Positions 18,370 through 28,914 are shown, counted from the first letter of the stretch. The stretch: 64,000 nucleotides of DNA from Candidatus Lloydbacteria bacterium (GCA_043719805.1 JAYSTI010000055.1:2760-66759), one strand, 5' to 3'. Program-made: numbers and translations. The notes: generated by a model from the sequence alone, not told the origin.

Positions 18370-19641
18370 CTACAACTTAAGGAGCTCAAGGAACTTTTTG
18401 TCCTCCTTCCATGGACCGATAAGCGCCAGGTTTAGATGTTCGGTCACAAATATCTCTTTTGCCACGCGCAAGATATCTTTTGCGGTTACCTTGCGTATTT
18501 GCACCACCAAATCCTCGGGGGTGTTCATCTTATTGCGCAATATCTCCTGAAAACCAAAGAATTCAGCAATTTCATCCGAGGATTCGAGTCCGAGCATAAG
18601 CCTCCCTGCCATCATGTCCTTTGCTTTTTGTAGCTCAATCTCAGGTACGAGGTCGGTCTTCAGACGCTTCAGCTCGGCAATTATTGCCGCGACGGCCTCA
18701 AGTGCGCGCTCGTTGACCACGCCGGCGGAAGCCGCGAACATTCCGTGGTCGGTAAATGAATCGTTCGCTGCGCGAACATAATAACCCAGGCCCATCTCCG
18801 TGCGCACTTTTTGAAAGAGGCGCGAGCTCATTCCCCCACCCAGCACTGCGCTCATCACCCCGAGGATGGGATATGATTTATGCATCAGCGAAAAACTCCG
18901 AACACCGACAATGAGATGCGTCTGGTCAGACTCTTTATATTTCACGAGTACGGCGGGTTGTGATTGCGTATCTACGACCGGAAGTTTTGAATATTTCTTC
19001 ACCTTCTTAAGACTCGCAAAATGCTTCTTAATGGACGACTCTACTTTTTTCACATTAAATTTTCCCGTAACAACAAGCATCGTTGCGGACGGGACGTAGT
19101 GCATCGTACGGTACGCAACAAAATCCGCACGCGTGAATGTCTTGACCAACTCTTTGGGGCCAGCTATTTCCCAGCCGGCCGGCTGATCGCCGTATGCCAA
19201 TGACATGAAGAGGTCGCCCACCTTTCGCATCGGCATGTCCTCATACATATCTATCTCACCGATGATTGCACCACGCTCCTGTTCGATGTCCTCTTCTCTG
19301 AGGAGTGAATTGCAATATACATCGGAAATGAGGTCGAGCGCATTGGGAAGGTGGTCGGCGGCGACCTTTACGTAGTAGCCCGTATATTCATGTCCCGTAA
19401 ATGCATTGTATTCAGCACCCATGCCGTCGAGCTCGTGGCTGATGATGAGCTGATTGGGACGATTCGAAGTTCCCTTGAAGCACATATGCTCCAGAAAATG
19501 CGAAATGCCATTCTTCTCTTTCGTCTCATATTTTGAGCCGGTTTCCACCAACACAAGCGCGGTGGCAGTGCGTTGGTCATTCATCGGCACCAGAAGTAAC
19601 TTCATTCCGTTGGCGAGTTTTTTTATCGTTGGTTTTTTCAT
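18370..19641 (-). CDS. Peptidase M16 family (insulinase-like zinc protease)
   Basis: Inverted zincin motif HFLEHM in GISHFLEHMCFKGT. Start taken at MKKPTIKK. Confidence 0.8.
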   Translation of the reverse strand: MKKPTIKKLANGMKLLLVPMNDQRTATALVLVETGSKYETKEKNGISHFLEHMCFKGTSNRPNQLIISHELDGMGAEYNAFTGHEYTGYYVKVAADHLPNALDLISDVYCNSLLREEDIEQERGAIIGEIDMYEDMPMRKVGDLFMSLAYGDQPAGWEIAGPKELVKTFTRADFVAYRTMHYVPSATMLVVTGKFNVKKVESSIKKHFASLKKVKKYSKLPVVDTQSQPAVLVKYKESDQTHLIVGVRSFSLMHKSYPILGVMSAVLGGGMSSRLFQKVRTEMGLGYYVRAANDSFTDHGMFAASAGVVNERALEAVAAIIAELKRLKTDLVPEIELQKAKDMMAGRLMLGLESSDEIAEFFGFQEILRNKMNTPEDLVVQIRKVTAKDILRVAKEIFVTEHLNLALIGPWKEDKKFLELLKL

Positions 19642-19668
19642 AGCGAAATTATAACATGCGAACATCCG

Positions 19669-20889
19669 TTACTGTGGCCGTCGATATATGAGTCTAGCTC
19701 CCACGAAAAGGAGTACCGAGGAAATCGCAATGACAGCAAAGCTCATTCGGACGGCGATCTCCCCTTCACCAACGACGTACACGAGGAGTGCAAAAGCACC
19801 AAGCGCGGCCACCCTCCAAACACCAAATGCCATGTCGCGGAGTATCATCGTCGGAAAAAAGTCTCTTCCCTCTTTTCCCAACGTCTCCATTGTCTCAAGG
19901 TCGATGACGTGCGCGGAAACCCTTGATAGCGGACTCACCACAACAGAGAGGAGCGAAAAAATAATGAACGCGGTGAGATCAAAGCGCAGCGCCATGAACG
20001 ATGCAATGAGCGCAGATGCAAGTGTCGTCCAAAATAAAAATTTCATACGAGAACCTCCGTGACGATATTTCGAAAGTGCCAAAAGCGCCCCAACCGATAG
20101 CGCAGCAAAAACGGTACTGTACAAGCCGACATGCTTTGCACTTCCGAGAAAGATGATAGCGGCGAGTGGCAACGCAACTCGTGAAAAAGCAAAATTTGCT
20201 GAACCTGCAAAAAGATATATTTGTGCATGTCGATTTCTGCGGTCATGGAAAAAATGTTTCAAATCTCCGCGGTCCATCGGCTCCGGCCGATAAGAGCGAA
20301 TATTGCGGAAAAGCGGGATGCCGGAAAGATAGATGAGGGGTGACACCGCAAAGAGCAAGGTGTACGTTCCGACATTGAATACGTCATCAGAAAGATAAAA
20401 CAAAGCCGTTGCGAATGCCGGTGCTGCAAGATTGATGACCTGGTCACCGGCGGAAAGCACGGAAGAATAATAATCGCGTTCGTGATTGATTGTCTCCGTC
20501 AGCTCGAAAGTATGCAAGGTCAGCCAATACAAACCGAGCCCGAAGCCGTTCGTGAACATAAACATGAGCGCATCCATCGTCGTCACGTTGCCGTAGAGGA
20601 ACAGAAAACTCGCACAGAGTGCGACAAAGGCTGCAACATACCCCCACTTCATGTTGAGGCGATACCAGGACGCGACGGCACCGACCAAGCTAAAACCGAG
20701 CGCGCAGCCGGTGAAATAAAACATCAGTCCGATGACATTGAAGGTTACACTACCAAAACGCTGATAGAGGTATATCTGCACGAACATACCAGTAAGTGAG
20801 CCGACGAATCCGTAGGTCCAATGGAGATAGACCATTGCGCGTACGGCGGGACGCAGGGCACGAAAGTGGCTAATCGTTGTCCTCAGCAT
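19669..20889 (-). CDS. Polytopic membrane protein, MFS-like transporter
   Basis: Approximately 12 predicted TM helices. The family assignment is tentative. Confidence 0.5.
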   Translation of the reverse strand: MLRTTISHFRALRPAVRAMVYLHWTYGFVGSLTGMFVQIYLYQRFGSVTFNVIGLMFYFTGCALGFSLVGAVASWYRLNMKWGYVAAFVALCASFLFLYGNVTTMDALMFMFTNGFGLGLYWLTLHTFELTETINHERDYYSSVLSAGDQVINLAAPAFATALFYLSDDVFNVGTYTLLFAVSPLIYLSGIPLFRNIRSYRPEPMDRGDLKHFFHDRRNRHAQIYLFAGSANFAFSRVALPLAAIIFLGSAKHVGLYSTVFAALSVGALLALSKYRHGGSRMKFLFWTTLASALIASFMALRFDLTAFIIFSLLSVVVSPLSRVSAHVIDLETMETLGKEGRDFFPTMILRDMAFGVWRVAALGAFALLVYVVGEGEIAVRMSFAVIAISSVLLFVGARLIYRRPQ

Positions 20890-20932
20890 GCGCCCATATT
20901 AACACAAACGACCCGTTTGGGCCGTGCAGTGT

Positions 20933-22276
20933 TTATCCGCGGAATTTTTGCAAAAGGTCTGCAATGGCGATGCGTTCCTGGGTTCCGGTATCACGATTGC
21001 GGAGTGTCACGGTGTTGAGCAATGCGGGATTCTCTCCGAGGGTGTCGAAGTCGATGGTCACGCACCATGGAGTCCCTATTTCGTCCTGCCTGCGATAGCG
21101 CTTGCCGATGTTGCCGTTGTCATCAAAGCTCACACGACCGAGAGCCTTCTTGAGCTCCGCATATACTTCGCGAGCCTTGGCGACGAGTTCCGGTTTATTT
21201 TTGAGCAATGGAAATACTGCGGCGAGCACGGGGGCGACATCGGCATTCAACTTGAGGTACACGCGCTTTTCGCCTCCCATCTCGTCCTCGGTGTATGCCT
21301 CACTTAAGACAGCGAGTATCGTACGCCCGACGCCGAGTGACGGCTCAATGACGTGTGGCAAAAACTTTTCCTTCTTTTCTTCATCAAAATATTCTAAGTT
21401 CTGCTTACTCCCCTCCTGATGACTGCGGAGGTCGAAATCGGTACGATAGGCGAGACCGTAAAGTTCTTTGCGTCCGAACGGAAAATCATATTCGAAATCA
21501 ACCGTCCGCTCTGAATAATGCGCTCGGTCGCCATCGGCGACTTCAAGCTCGTACACGTGGCCTTTGTCGATTCCCAGTGCTTCGATAAATTTCCACATCT
21601 CCAGTCGCCATGTCTCAAAATGTTCCTTCCAAGTATCGGGGTGCACAAAATATTCAACTTCCATCTGCTCTAGCTCGCGCACACGAAAAATAAAATCACG
21701 CGGAGCAATCTCATTCCTAAATGCTTTCCCTATCTGGCCAAGGCCGAACGGAAGTTTCGGATGAAATGAATCAACAACATTCTTATAATTCACGAACATC
21801 CCACCGGCAGTTTCAGGACGGAGATACGTCACACTGCCCTCACCCTCAGTTGCGCCGACGTTCGTCTTAAACATCATGTTGAACTGACGTTCTTCGCCGA
21901 GTGCGCCACCGCATTCCGGACATTTTGCCTTATCGGCAAGATGGTCTGCGCGGAATCGTTTTTTGCATTTCGTACACTCAACCAGCGGGTCAGAAAATCC
22001 TCCGACATGCCCGGATGTGACCCAAGCCTGTGGATTCATCAGGATTGCCGCATCGATTCCGTACATGTCCTCACGGTCGTCGACGAACATCTTCCACCAC
22101 AAATTTTCGATATTCTTTTTGAGTGTCACGCCTAACGGGCCGTAGTCCCATGTTCCCGCGAGCCCACCGTAAATCTCCGAGCCTTGATAGACAAAACCGC
22201 GGCGTTTGCAAAGTGCGATGATTGCCTCCATTTTTTCATTTGGCTGACTCTTTGGTTGTTTTTTTTCTTCAGACAT
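20933..22276 (-). CDS. glyQS: Glycyl-tRNA synthetase, class II dimeric (archaeal/eukaryote-type GlyQS)
   Basis: RRGFVYQGSEIYGGLAGTWDYGPLG with class II motifs. The protein is about 447 aa. Confidence 0.9.
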   Translation of the reverse strand: MSEEKKQPKSQPNEKMEAIIALCKRRGFVYQGSEIYGGLAGTWDYGPLGVTLKKNIENLWWKMFVDDREDMYGIDAAILMNPQAWVTSGHVGGFSDPLVECTKCKKRFRADHLADKAKCPECGGALGEERQFNMMFKTNVGATEGEGSVTYLRPETAGGMFVNYKNVVDSFHPKLPFGLGQIGKAFRNEIAPRDFIFRVRELEQMEVEYFVHPDTWKEHFETWRLEMWKFIEALGIDKGHVYELEVADGDRAHYSERTVDFEYDFPFGRKELYGLAYRTDFDLRSHQEGSKQNLEYFDEEKKEKFLPHVIEPSLGVGRTILAVLSEAYTEDEMGGEKRVYLKLNADVAPVLAAVFPLLKNKPELVAKAREVYAELKKALGRVSFDDNGNIGKRYRRQDEIGTPWCVTIDFDTLGENPALLNTVTLRNRDTGTQERIAIADLLQKFRG

Positions 22277-22302
22277 ATTTTTCTATCCTACAGGAGCAGT
22301 GG

Positions 22303-24237
22303 CTACTCGACAACCGAACCGGCAAACATCGGCGCCCTCGGATCGGTGGAGAGCTCTGTCGTCACATCCTTGGCAGCTTTCATTATCGTCGCATTTGTGA
22401 AGGAATCAAGCGCAGTAAACTCTATGCCACTCACAATTACCGGCGTTTTTGCGACCTGCGATAGACTCGGCATGAGGAGCACCTGGAAAGCGACCTCGCG
22501 TGGGGGCTTTGCAATACCCGTCCCCGCCGGAATGCTCCCGGGAACCCACACAACTTCGTTTGTTGTCGGATTGTAAGATATGTTTTCCGACGCCGGGAAT
22601 GCCGCACCGTACCACTTCACGTAAGAAGGAAGAATTCCTCGGACGCGTCCGTCTACGATATTATTTGAGGTGTTCACGATGCTCCAAATGATTGTGTAGG
22701 TCGTTTCCCGTTCCACCTTTGGTGGAATTGGCCCTGAGTTGGCAAATGGGCCGTCATAATACACCCCGCGCGCCACAAACTGTGCCTCCGATGACATGCG
22801 TACTGTTTGCGACAAGACAGTCTTTATTTCTTCAGGAACCTTTGTCGGATCATCGGACGGACGTTTTCCGCGCACCGTCACCTCGGCGGTAATTTCAGGG
22901 TTTGTAATTACTTTATTGCCGGATACTGCCGGAAGCGGGCTGAGCAAAAATGTCACCGTGCCGGACTCCCCGGATTCCAGAACGGACAAGGACGTGTCTC
23001 CGCGTTCATCCCAAAAAACGGTGTTATCAATGGAACGATAAAATCCTCCTTTTGTCGCACCAATTGACGAGCGGTCAAGCACCGTTCCACGAAGTTTTAC
23101 TTCAATCTGCGCATTGGTGATTCTTGTCGGCAAGTTGTTCCGCCACGTAATAACTCCGTCGATGCGCTGGCCGTATGCAGCGATCGCCTCACCGGCAGGC
23201 TTACCATTTATCAAAAGTGAAATGCCGATAAACGGGCGCTTCACGGTGATACCAGAAACGACTTTTCCGTAAAATGCCGATATTTCGCGCTCAGTCTTGT
23301 CGCTCCCAACTCCAATATTTGTGTGAAACACTTTCTGCTGCGTATCAGACCCCTCAAGAATTCCATGAAGCGCAACGTTAAATTCCCCCGTCGGACTAAG
23401 TGTGCCGACGCGCCAAATATTATTTCCAAAGGTTGGCTTTGGGTCGGCGCTAGTGAAGGTAAATCCTTGCGGGTATTCAACGGTAATAAAAACATCGCGT
23501 AGCGGCATAACGGTATTAGAAATAGCACTAATCGACAGATCAAGGCGTTGCCCGGCGTTTATTTCTTTGAGCGTAGTCACAACAAGGTTTATTGGCGCAG
23601 CAAGCAGTCGTACGGGGCGCAGCTCTTCTTTTGTGAGAATGGAGCTGACTCCCTCAAAACGATACTCAAGTACTGCGCGAATATCTTTTTCTTCATTTTC
23701 CTCGCCAAGAAAAATTGCTTTTCCGCGAAACTCCACCGATTCTCCAGACTTAATTGTCCCAAGAACCTTCTTTTGGTCATGCATATCCTTATCGGGATTG
23801 TTGCCGTCGCGCGTTCCGGACGGATAAAGAATGGCGAGATTGGCGTATTCGAGTCCGACGCGATTTTGATTAGTGATATGTACCACAATATCCGCAGGCG
23901 CTCCGGGGGCAACTCCAACCGGTGTATCGAAGGTAATAAAAATATTCTTGTCTGAAAGCTGACGAAGCGGATCAAAATATTGATACAGGAGGTAAAGGAC
24001 GGAAGAGGCGGTAGTAAGCACTGCGAGTGCGACAATTACCTTCAAAAACGTATCAACGCGAGGTCTATGCGTGCGCTCTTTCCTCTCGGTTATAATTTCG
24101 GTGTCGCCCCAGTCATTTTCCACATCGACGCGTGAAGGGGAAAGTTCCGCAAATTTTTCGCTCGCCTTCTCTTCTCCCGGTTTGTACAACCCGCGCTTCA
24201 GGCGTTCCAGGTGGCTTTTGTCATACTCAGTATCCAT
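22303..24237 (-). CDS. Large membrane-anchored extracytoplasmic protein of unknown function (single N-terminal TM, about 540-aa external region)
   Basis: TM segment VIVALAVLTTASSVLYLLY followed by a long beta-rich region. Start taken at MDTEYDK, and the ORF overlaps the recO 3' end if a longer start is used. Confidence 0.55.
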   Translation of the reverse strand: MDTEYDKSHLERLKRGLYKPGEEKASEKFAELSPSRVDVENDWGDTEIITERKERTHRPRVDTFLKVIVALAVLTTASSVLYLLYQYFDPLRQLSDKNIFITFDTPVGVAPGAPADIVVHITNQNRVGLEYANLAILYPSGTRDGNNPDKDMHDQKKVLGTIKSGESVEFRGKAIFLGEENEEKDIRAVLEYRFEGVSSILTKEELRPVRLLAAPINLVVTTLKEINAGQRLDLSISAISNTVMPLRDVFITVEYPQGFTFTSADPKPTFGNNIWRVGTLSPTGEFNVALHGILEGSDTQQKVFHTNIGVGSDKTEREISAFYGKVVSGITVKRPFIGISLLINGKPAGEAIAAYGQRIDGVITWRNNLPTRITNAQIEVKLRGTVLDRSSIGATKGGFYRSIDNTVFWDERGDTSLSVLESGESGTVTFLLSPLPAVSGNKVITNPEITAEVTVRGKRPSDDPTKVPEEIKTVLSQTVRMSSEAQFVARGVYYDGPFANSGPIPPKVERETTYTIIWSIVNTSNNIVDGRVRGILPSYVKWYGAAFPASENISYNPTTNEVVWVPGSIPAGTGIAKPPREVAFQVLLMPSLSQVAKTPVIVSGIEFTALDSFTNATIMKAAKDVTTELSTDPRAPMFAGSVVE

Positions 24238-24292
24238 GCTTAAAAAATTATACCACGTGCGGCAAAAGATGTTGAATAGGCAGGAGCGAAAA

Positions 24293-24880
24293 CTATAATT
24301 GTGTTGAGTCGAGCGCACGATTCACTCCGGCTACTATTTCACTCCGCAGCGGACGAATCTTTTCGAGGTCATCCGCAGAAAATGTCACTCCGGCGAATAC
24401 GGGAACGAGTTCTTTTTGCTCGCCCCAGTAACCGAGCGCGTCGAGTAATCGCACAACAAGTAGTAATTCTGCGTCCTTCTGTGATTCACGGTCGAAGACG
24501 GTCGAAAGTAGTGTAAGCCCTTTTAAGAGGTCATCGAACAGCAACTCGTGACGCTCTTCTCCTTGAATAAGGCGCCGCGCAAGGTGAAGGTGCTCCGCCG
24601 CAATACGACGCCTCCCTACGTCCGACCAGAGGTGGCGAAACGAGGAAATCGGTGTTGCGGAAATAAGTTTCCACCCGTATTTTCCGCGAATAAGGTCGAC
24701 CTGTGCATGGGAAAATAATTGCAGTGCATAACGAAGCCGAGAGCGCGACTCACGTATACTCCGCGCATGTGCGACCACGAACCCAAGGTCGCGGGTATAG
24801 CAATACAGCAGGCTGTCTCCCTCGCCGTGTGGGCGCGTGCCAAGGATTATCGCTTCGGTGTGGTAGATATGGTGGGACAC
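24293..24880 (-). CDS. recO: DNA repair protein RecO (short form)
   Basis: N-terminal OB region EAIILGTRPHGEGDSLLYCYTRDLGFVVAHARSIRESRSRLRYALQLFSH matches the RecO pattern. Confidence 0.6.
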   Translation of the reverse strand: MSHHIYHTEAIILGTRPHGEGDSLLYCYTRDLGFVVAHARSIRESRSRLRYALQLFSHAQVDLIRGKYGWKLISATPISSFRHLWSDVGRRRIAAEHLHLARRLIQGEERHELLFDDLLKGLTLLSTVFDRESQKDAELLLVVRLLDALGYWGEQKELVPVFAGVTFSADDLEKIRPLRSEIVAGVNRALDSTQL

Positions 24881-24949
24881 AAGAAGATTATATCACTGTT
24901 CAGCTGGGTCTTGTTGTACGTCTTCGTCGATTCCCGCACCAAGAATGAC

Positions 24950-27900
24950 CTAGGACTTTGTGATGACGAGTGCATCGCCGGCACTAAAGCTATCGGCGCC
25001 GATGATGGAAGTGGCTTCCGTGCGATATTTTTCGAGGAGGGCAAACTGTTCCTTTGGTGCGGAGACGGTGATGCGGTCGCTCGGATTGAGGCCGGCCTTC
25101 TTGCGCATGTCCTGAATGGTGCGGACGAGGTCACGGAGCTGGCCCTCTTCTTTGAGTTCCGGCGTAAGCGCAATATTGAGCGACACGAGCAATCCCGCAT
25201 TTTCACTTAATTTATGCTCACTGTTGTTTTCGGCGGTCACACGAATCTCTTCGTCAAAGATGACCTGCTTTACGTTCACTTCGTCACGGATGATGCCGAG
25301 CATTTCATCACTGATGGGTTTTTTGTCTGCAGTCTTGTATGAAAGTTCGGAAAGCGGTTGTCGCACCTTCATCCCGGCCTCGGCGCGAAGCGCGAGTGCA
25401 GCTTCGACAATTTTTCTGGTGGTCTCCATCTCATCAAGAATACTACTCGCGGCAACACCGACATCGGACCAACTTTCAAGATGGATGCTCTCTTTCTTCT
25501 CTTCAATCGTGAGGCGCTGATAGAGGTCCTCGGCAATGAACGGCATGAAGGGTGCAATGAGTTTCGAGAATTGAAGCAATATCCATCCCGTTGTTTCTGC
25601 TGCCGCCGCACGATCATCCGCGTCATCAGATTTAAAGCGGTCGCGGGAGCGGCGCAGGTACCACGTCGAAAGATCATCCAGGAACGGCATGATGGGGCGC
25701 GTAGCACGGTCGAGCTCATGTGTGTCGAGATGATGCGTGACTTCGGCGTGCATTTCAAACCAGCGCGCAACAATCCAACGATCAAGCACATTCCTCGACT
25801 CAGGCTGAAGTCGCGTGATGATGGAATCTTTCGCATACATCTCAAGGAAAGAGCGGACGTTGTCGAGGCGAATGGTGATCTTCTTGTACACCTCATCAAC
25901 GCCGAGCACGGAAAAACGCAATTCTTCGCCTCGTACAATGGGCGAGTTTATCATGTAGAATCGCAGTGCATCTGCGCCGTATTTCTCCGCGACTTCCATC
26001 GGGTCGGGATAATTCTTTAGCCTCTTCGACATCTTTGCCCCATCTTCAGCAAGGATAAGCCCGGTCGTAATGACGCTCTTGAATGCCGCACGATCAAAAA
26101 GTCCGACTGAAAGTATCAGCATCGTGTAGAACCAGCCTCGCGTCTGATCGACCGCCTCGGCAATAAAGTCTGCGGGAAAATTCTTCACGAACATTTTCCC
26201 GTCTGGAGTTGTCTCATCGCCCAAGTAATGAAATTGTGCAAAAGGCATGGAGCCGGACTCAAACCAGCAATCAAAAACTTCCGGGATACGATTCATGGTC
26301 CCTAGCTCGCAAGAGCATTGATAACTCACCTTATCGATATGTGGACGATGATAGTCGAGCTCGTAGCGCTCATTGTGTGGGACGTTCACGAAGGAAAGAG
26401 CACGCACTTCGGCATAATTCACATAATCATCCCCTCCGCGATCGCGCATCTCTGCCGCCTCCTCGTTGGTCGCACCGAGAGCCACGGCCTCCATCATCCA
26501 CGTGCCATACTCATGCGTGACGAGGAGAATATTTTTCCCCTTATACTTCCCTTCAATGTCATAAAGAAATTCAGCAACACGCATGCGCATGTGCTCCATC
26601 GTTTCACCTCCGGGTGGTTCCTTGGTGAACTTCTCAAGCGTGTTCGCAAAGTAGTTACGATACATATCGATATTCTGACCGTTGAAGTCTCCCGTGTTTA
26701 CCTCTGCAATACGCGAATCAACAACAATATCACCCACAGGAATACCGTGGGCCTCCGCGACAATGGCCGCAGTTTCTCTTGTGCGCTGCACGGGCGAAGT
26801 GATGATGAGGTCAAACTTGCGATCTTTCAGCTTCGTTGCAGCAGCCTTCACTTGCGCACGACCCTTTTCAGTCAGATGAATGTCGTCCTCTTCTTTGCAG
26901 CTGATGATGTTCTGCGTATTCGAGTCGGCTTCCCCGTGACGCATGAATGTGTAAGTATTCGCGCTTCCGATGTTTTTTTTAAGGTCGCCCAATGAACCAA
27001 TCACGTCCACTTTGCCGCACTTATTGCATTTCCACACAGGCAAAGGTGCGCCCCAGTAGCGTGAACGTGAGATTGCCCAGTCACGTGCGCCCTCAAGCCA
27101 TTTACCGAAACGTCCGTCGCGAAAATTCTCGGGAATCCAATTGATTTCCTTGTTCTCTTCGATGAGGCGGGGCTTGAGCGCGGTCACATTTACGAACCAC
27201 GACGACGCTGCATAATTTAAAAGCGGGGTATCGCAGCGCCAGCAATGAGGATAAGAGTGGGTAAGATTTTCTTTTGCAAAAAAAGTTCCATGCTCCTGAA
27301 GATACTTGAGCACGGCAATGTCAGTTGTGAGTCGGACTTTGTCGTCGTCGCTTTTTGGTTTGACGTGCATGCCAGCAAAATCTTTTACCTCAGACTTCAT
27401 CGTGCCGTCCATCTTGACGTGCTGAATCATTGGAAGCTTTAATTTTTTCGCAAGCTCCATGTCTTCTTCGCCGAACGCCGGTGCTTCGTGAACAATACCC
27501 GTGCCGCTCTCGACGGTCACAAAGTCTGCGCCGACAACCTTCCATCCGTTCTCACGATTCTCAAGCTTTTCATCGGACGTGTAATAATCAAAAAGCGGTT
27601 TATACGAAAGTCCGATGAACTCCTTGCCCTTTCGCTCCTCCACAACTTCGTGATCTTTGTCTTTGAATACGCGCGTCACAAGATCCTTCGCAACAACGTA
27701 GCGCTTGCCCGAATAGAGCACAATGGCATACACAAACGCCGGATTGACGGCGACGGCAACATTGCCCGGCAATGTCCACGGTGTCGTCGTCCAAGCGATA
27801 AGATGCGTACCCGGCTCTAGGACAAGCTCAAATGTGACGTAGACGGAAATATCTTTGATGTCCTTGTACCCCTGTGAAACCTCAGAAGCGGCGAGTGTTG

Positions 27901-28465
27901 TCTCGCATCGCGGACAAATGTGCATCGATTTGAATCCATCGTAAATCAGTTTTTTGGCGTGAAGTGTTTTGAACGCCCACCAGACACTCTCGGTGTACGA
28001 GGAGTCCATTGTTTTGTATGCATGCTCCATGTCCACGAAGCGCCCCATGCGCGGGACAATACTTTTCCACTCTTTGTCATACGTCATGACACTTTCTTTT
28101 GCCTTCTGATTGAATGCGCCGATGCCGTAGGCCTCGATATCACTCTTTTGTTTTAGTCCCAACTCTTTCTCAACGAGATTCTCAATCGGCAACCCATGGC
28201 AGTCCCACCCCCACTCTCGGCGTACGTAGCGACCGCGCATCGTCTGATAACGCGGAATGAGGTCTTTGATGGTTCCCTGGAGGAGATGCCCGTGGTGAGG
28301 GAGCCCTGTCGCGAACGGAGGTCCGTCATAAAAAACGTAGGATTCTTTCCCTTCGTTCTGCTTCAGTGACTTCTCAAAGATATTCCGCTCTTTCCAAAGT
28401 GCGAGGACGGCCTTCTCGCGTTCACTGATCGATTGTTTCTTGTCATTTATCGGCGTTTCATCCAT
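24950..28465 (-). CDS. ileS: Isoleucyl-tRNA synthetase (type 2) carrying an inserted histidine-phosphatase domain (RHGEADSN...H) of about 200 aa
   Basis: HIGH motif (PHHGHLL), CP1 editing domain, WAISRSRYWGAPLPVW and KMSKRL. The insertion FMRHGEADSN...TSPVQRTRETA...LLVTHEYG lies between the CNKCG and CSCELG zinc-knuckle halves. Confidence 0.9.
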   Translation of the reverse strand: MDETPINDKKQSISEREKAVLALWKERNIFEKSLKQNEGKESYVFYDGPPFATGLPHHGHLLQGTIKDLIPRYQTMRGRYVRREWGWDCHGLPIENLVEKELGLKQKSDIEAYGIGAFNQKAKESVMTYDKEWKSIVPRMGRFVDMEHAYKTMDSSYTESVWWAFKTLHAKKLIYDGFKSMHICPRCETTLAASEVSQGYKDIKDISVYVTFELVLEPGTHLIAWTTTPWTLPGNVAVAVNPAFVYAIVLYSGKRYVVAKDLVTRVFKDKDHEVVEERKGKEFIGLSYKPLFDYYTSDEKLENRENGWKVVGADFVTVESGTGIVHEAPAFGEEDMELAKKLKLPMIQHVKMDGTMKSEVKDFAGMHVKPKSDDDKVRLTTDIAVLKYLQEHGTFFAKENLTHSYPHCWRCDTPLLNYAASSWFVNVTALKPRLIEENKEINWIPENFRDGRFGKWLEGARDWAISRSRYWGAPLPVWKCNKCGKVDVIGSLGDLKKNIGSANTYTFMRHGEADSNTQNIISCKEEDDIHLTEKGRAQVKAAATKLKDRKFDLIITSPVQRTRETAAIVAEAHGIPVGDIVVDSRIAEVNTGDFNGQNIDMYRNYFANTLEKFTKEPPGGETMEHMRMRVAEFLYDIEGKYKGKNILLVTHEYGTWMMEAVALGATNEEAAEMRDRGGDDYVNYAEVRALSFVNVPHNERYELDYHRPHIDKVSYQCSCELGTMNRIPEVFDCWFESGSMPFAQFHYLGDETTPDGKMFVKNFPADFIAEAVDQTRGWFYTMLILSVGLFDRAAFKSVITTGLILAEDGAKMSKRLKNYPDPMEVAEKYGADALRFYMINSPIVRGEELRFSVLGVDEVYKKITIRLDNVRSFLEMYAKDSIITRLQPESRNVLDRWIVARWFEMHAEVTHHLDTHELDRATRPIMPFLDDLSTWYLRRSRDRFKSDDADDRAAAAETTGWILLQFSKLIAPFMPFIAEDLYQRLTIEEKKESIHLESWSDVGVAASSILDEMETTRKIVEAALALRAEAGMKVRQPLSELSYKTADKKPISDEMLGIIRDEVNVKQVIFDEEIRVTAENNSEHKLSENAGLLVSLNIALTPELKEEGQLRDLVRTIQDMRKKAGLNPSDRITVSAPKEQFALLEKYRTEATSIIGADSFSAGDALVITKS

Positions 28466-28517
28466 AGATAGGGATTATACTATATGTTTTTCCGCTTTGG
28501 AGCAAAAAACAGCAAAA

Positions 28518-28544
28518 ATACGCGCAACATGATGTTGCGCGTAT
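28518..28544 (-). terminator. 27-bp perfect palindrome ATACGCGCAACAT-g-ATGTTGCGCGTAT followed on the minus strand by a T-rich run. Terminator for the hesB-like gene and/or operator upstream of ileS.
   Basis: Read directly from the sequence. The minus-strand downstream sequence is TTTTGCTGTTTTTTGC. Confidence 0.5.
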
Positions 28545-28550
28545 GCATGA

Positions 28551-28889
28551 CTAGCTCTTTGGTATTGCGGCACTTTCTCCGCAACCGCACAGATGCGCAC
28601 CATTCGGGACGACGATGACCTTCTTGGAAGCAAATGCGCCCCCACCGGAATGAATGAGCTCGACTGACGCGTGCTCAAATTCAGGACAGAGTAGGAAGTC
28701 ACACAGAAGCGACATCCCAAAACCCTCTACAAGCGTGTCGCCGGGACCCTGCATGCCGCCCGGAAGAAATTGTGAGGCGATGTCGCCGCAGCCCGCCCGC
28801 ATGTCTTTCACGAGGCGTAGTGGCATCTGATCCTTCGGGACCCGCATCAGAATGTATCGCGCTGCATCTTCCGTGATGAGTAGACTCAT
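28551..28889 (-). CDS. Divergent HesB/IscA-family protein (C-terminal CGCGES)
   Basis: RAGCGDI and C-terminal HLCGCGES. Start taken at MSLLITEDAARYI. Confidence 0.5.
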   Translation of the reverse strand: MSLLITEDAARYILMRVPKDQMPLRLVKDMRAGCGDIASQFLPGGMQGPGDTLVEGFGMSLLCDFLLCPEFEHASVELIHSGGGAFASKKVIVVPNGAHLCGCGESAAIPKS

Positions 28890-28914
28890 GATGACTCCTT
28901 CTGTGTTTGCAATA

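Noticed and set aside
26945-26965. A8 homopolymer (cttAAAAAAAAc) inside ileS, just before the phosphatase insertion, as a possible frameshift site or pseudogene
   Set aside because: The reading frame is continuous through the run and all downstream IleRS motifs are in frame. It is mentioned only as a place to check for sequencing slippage.
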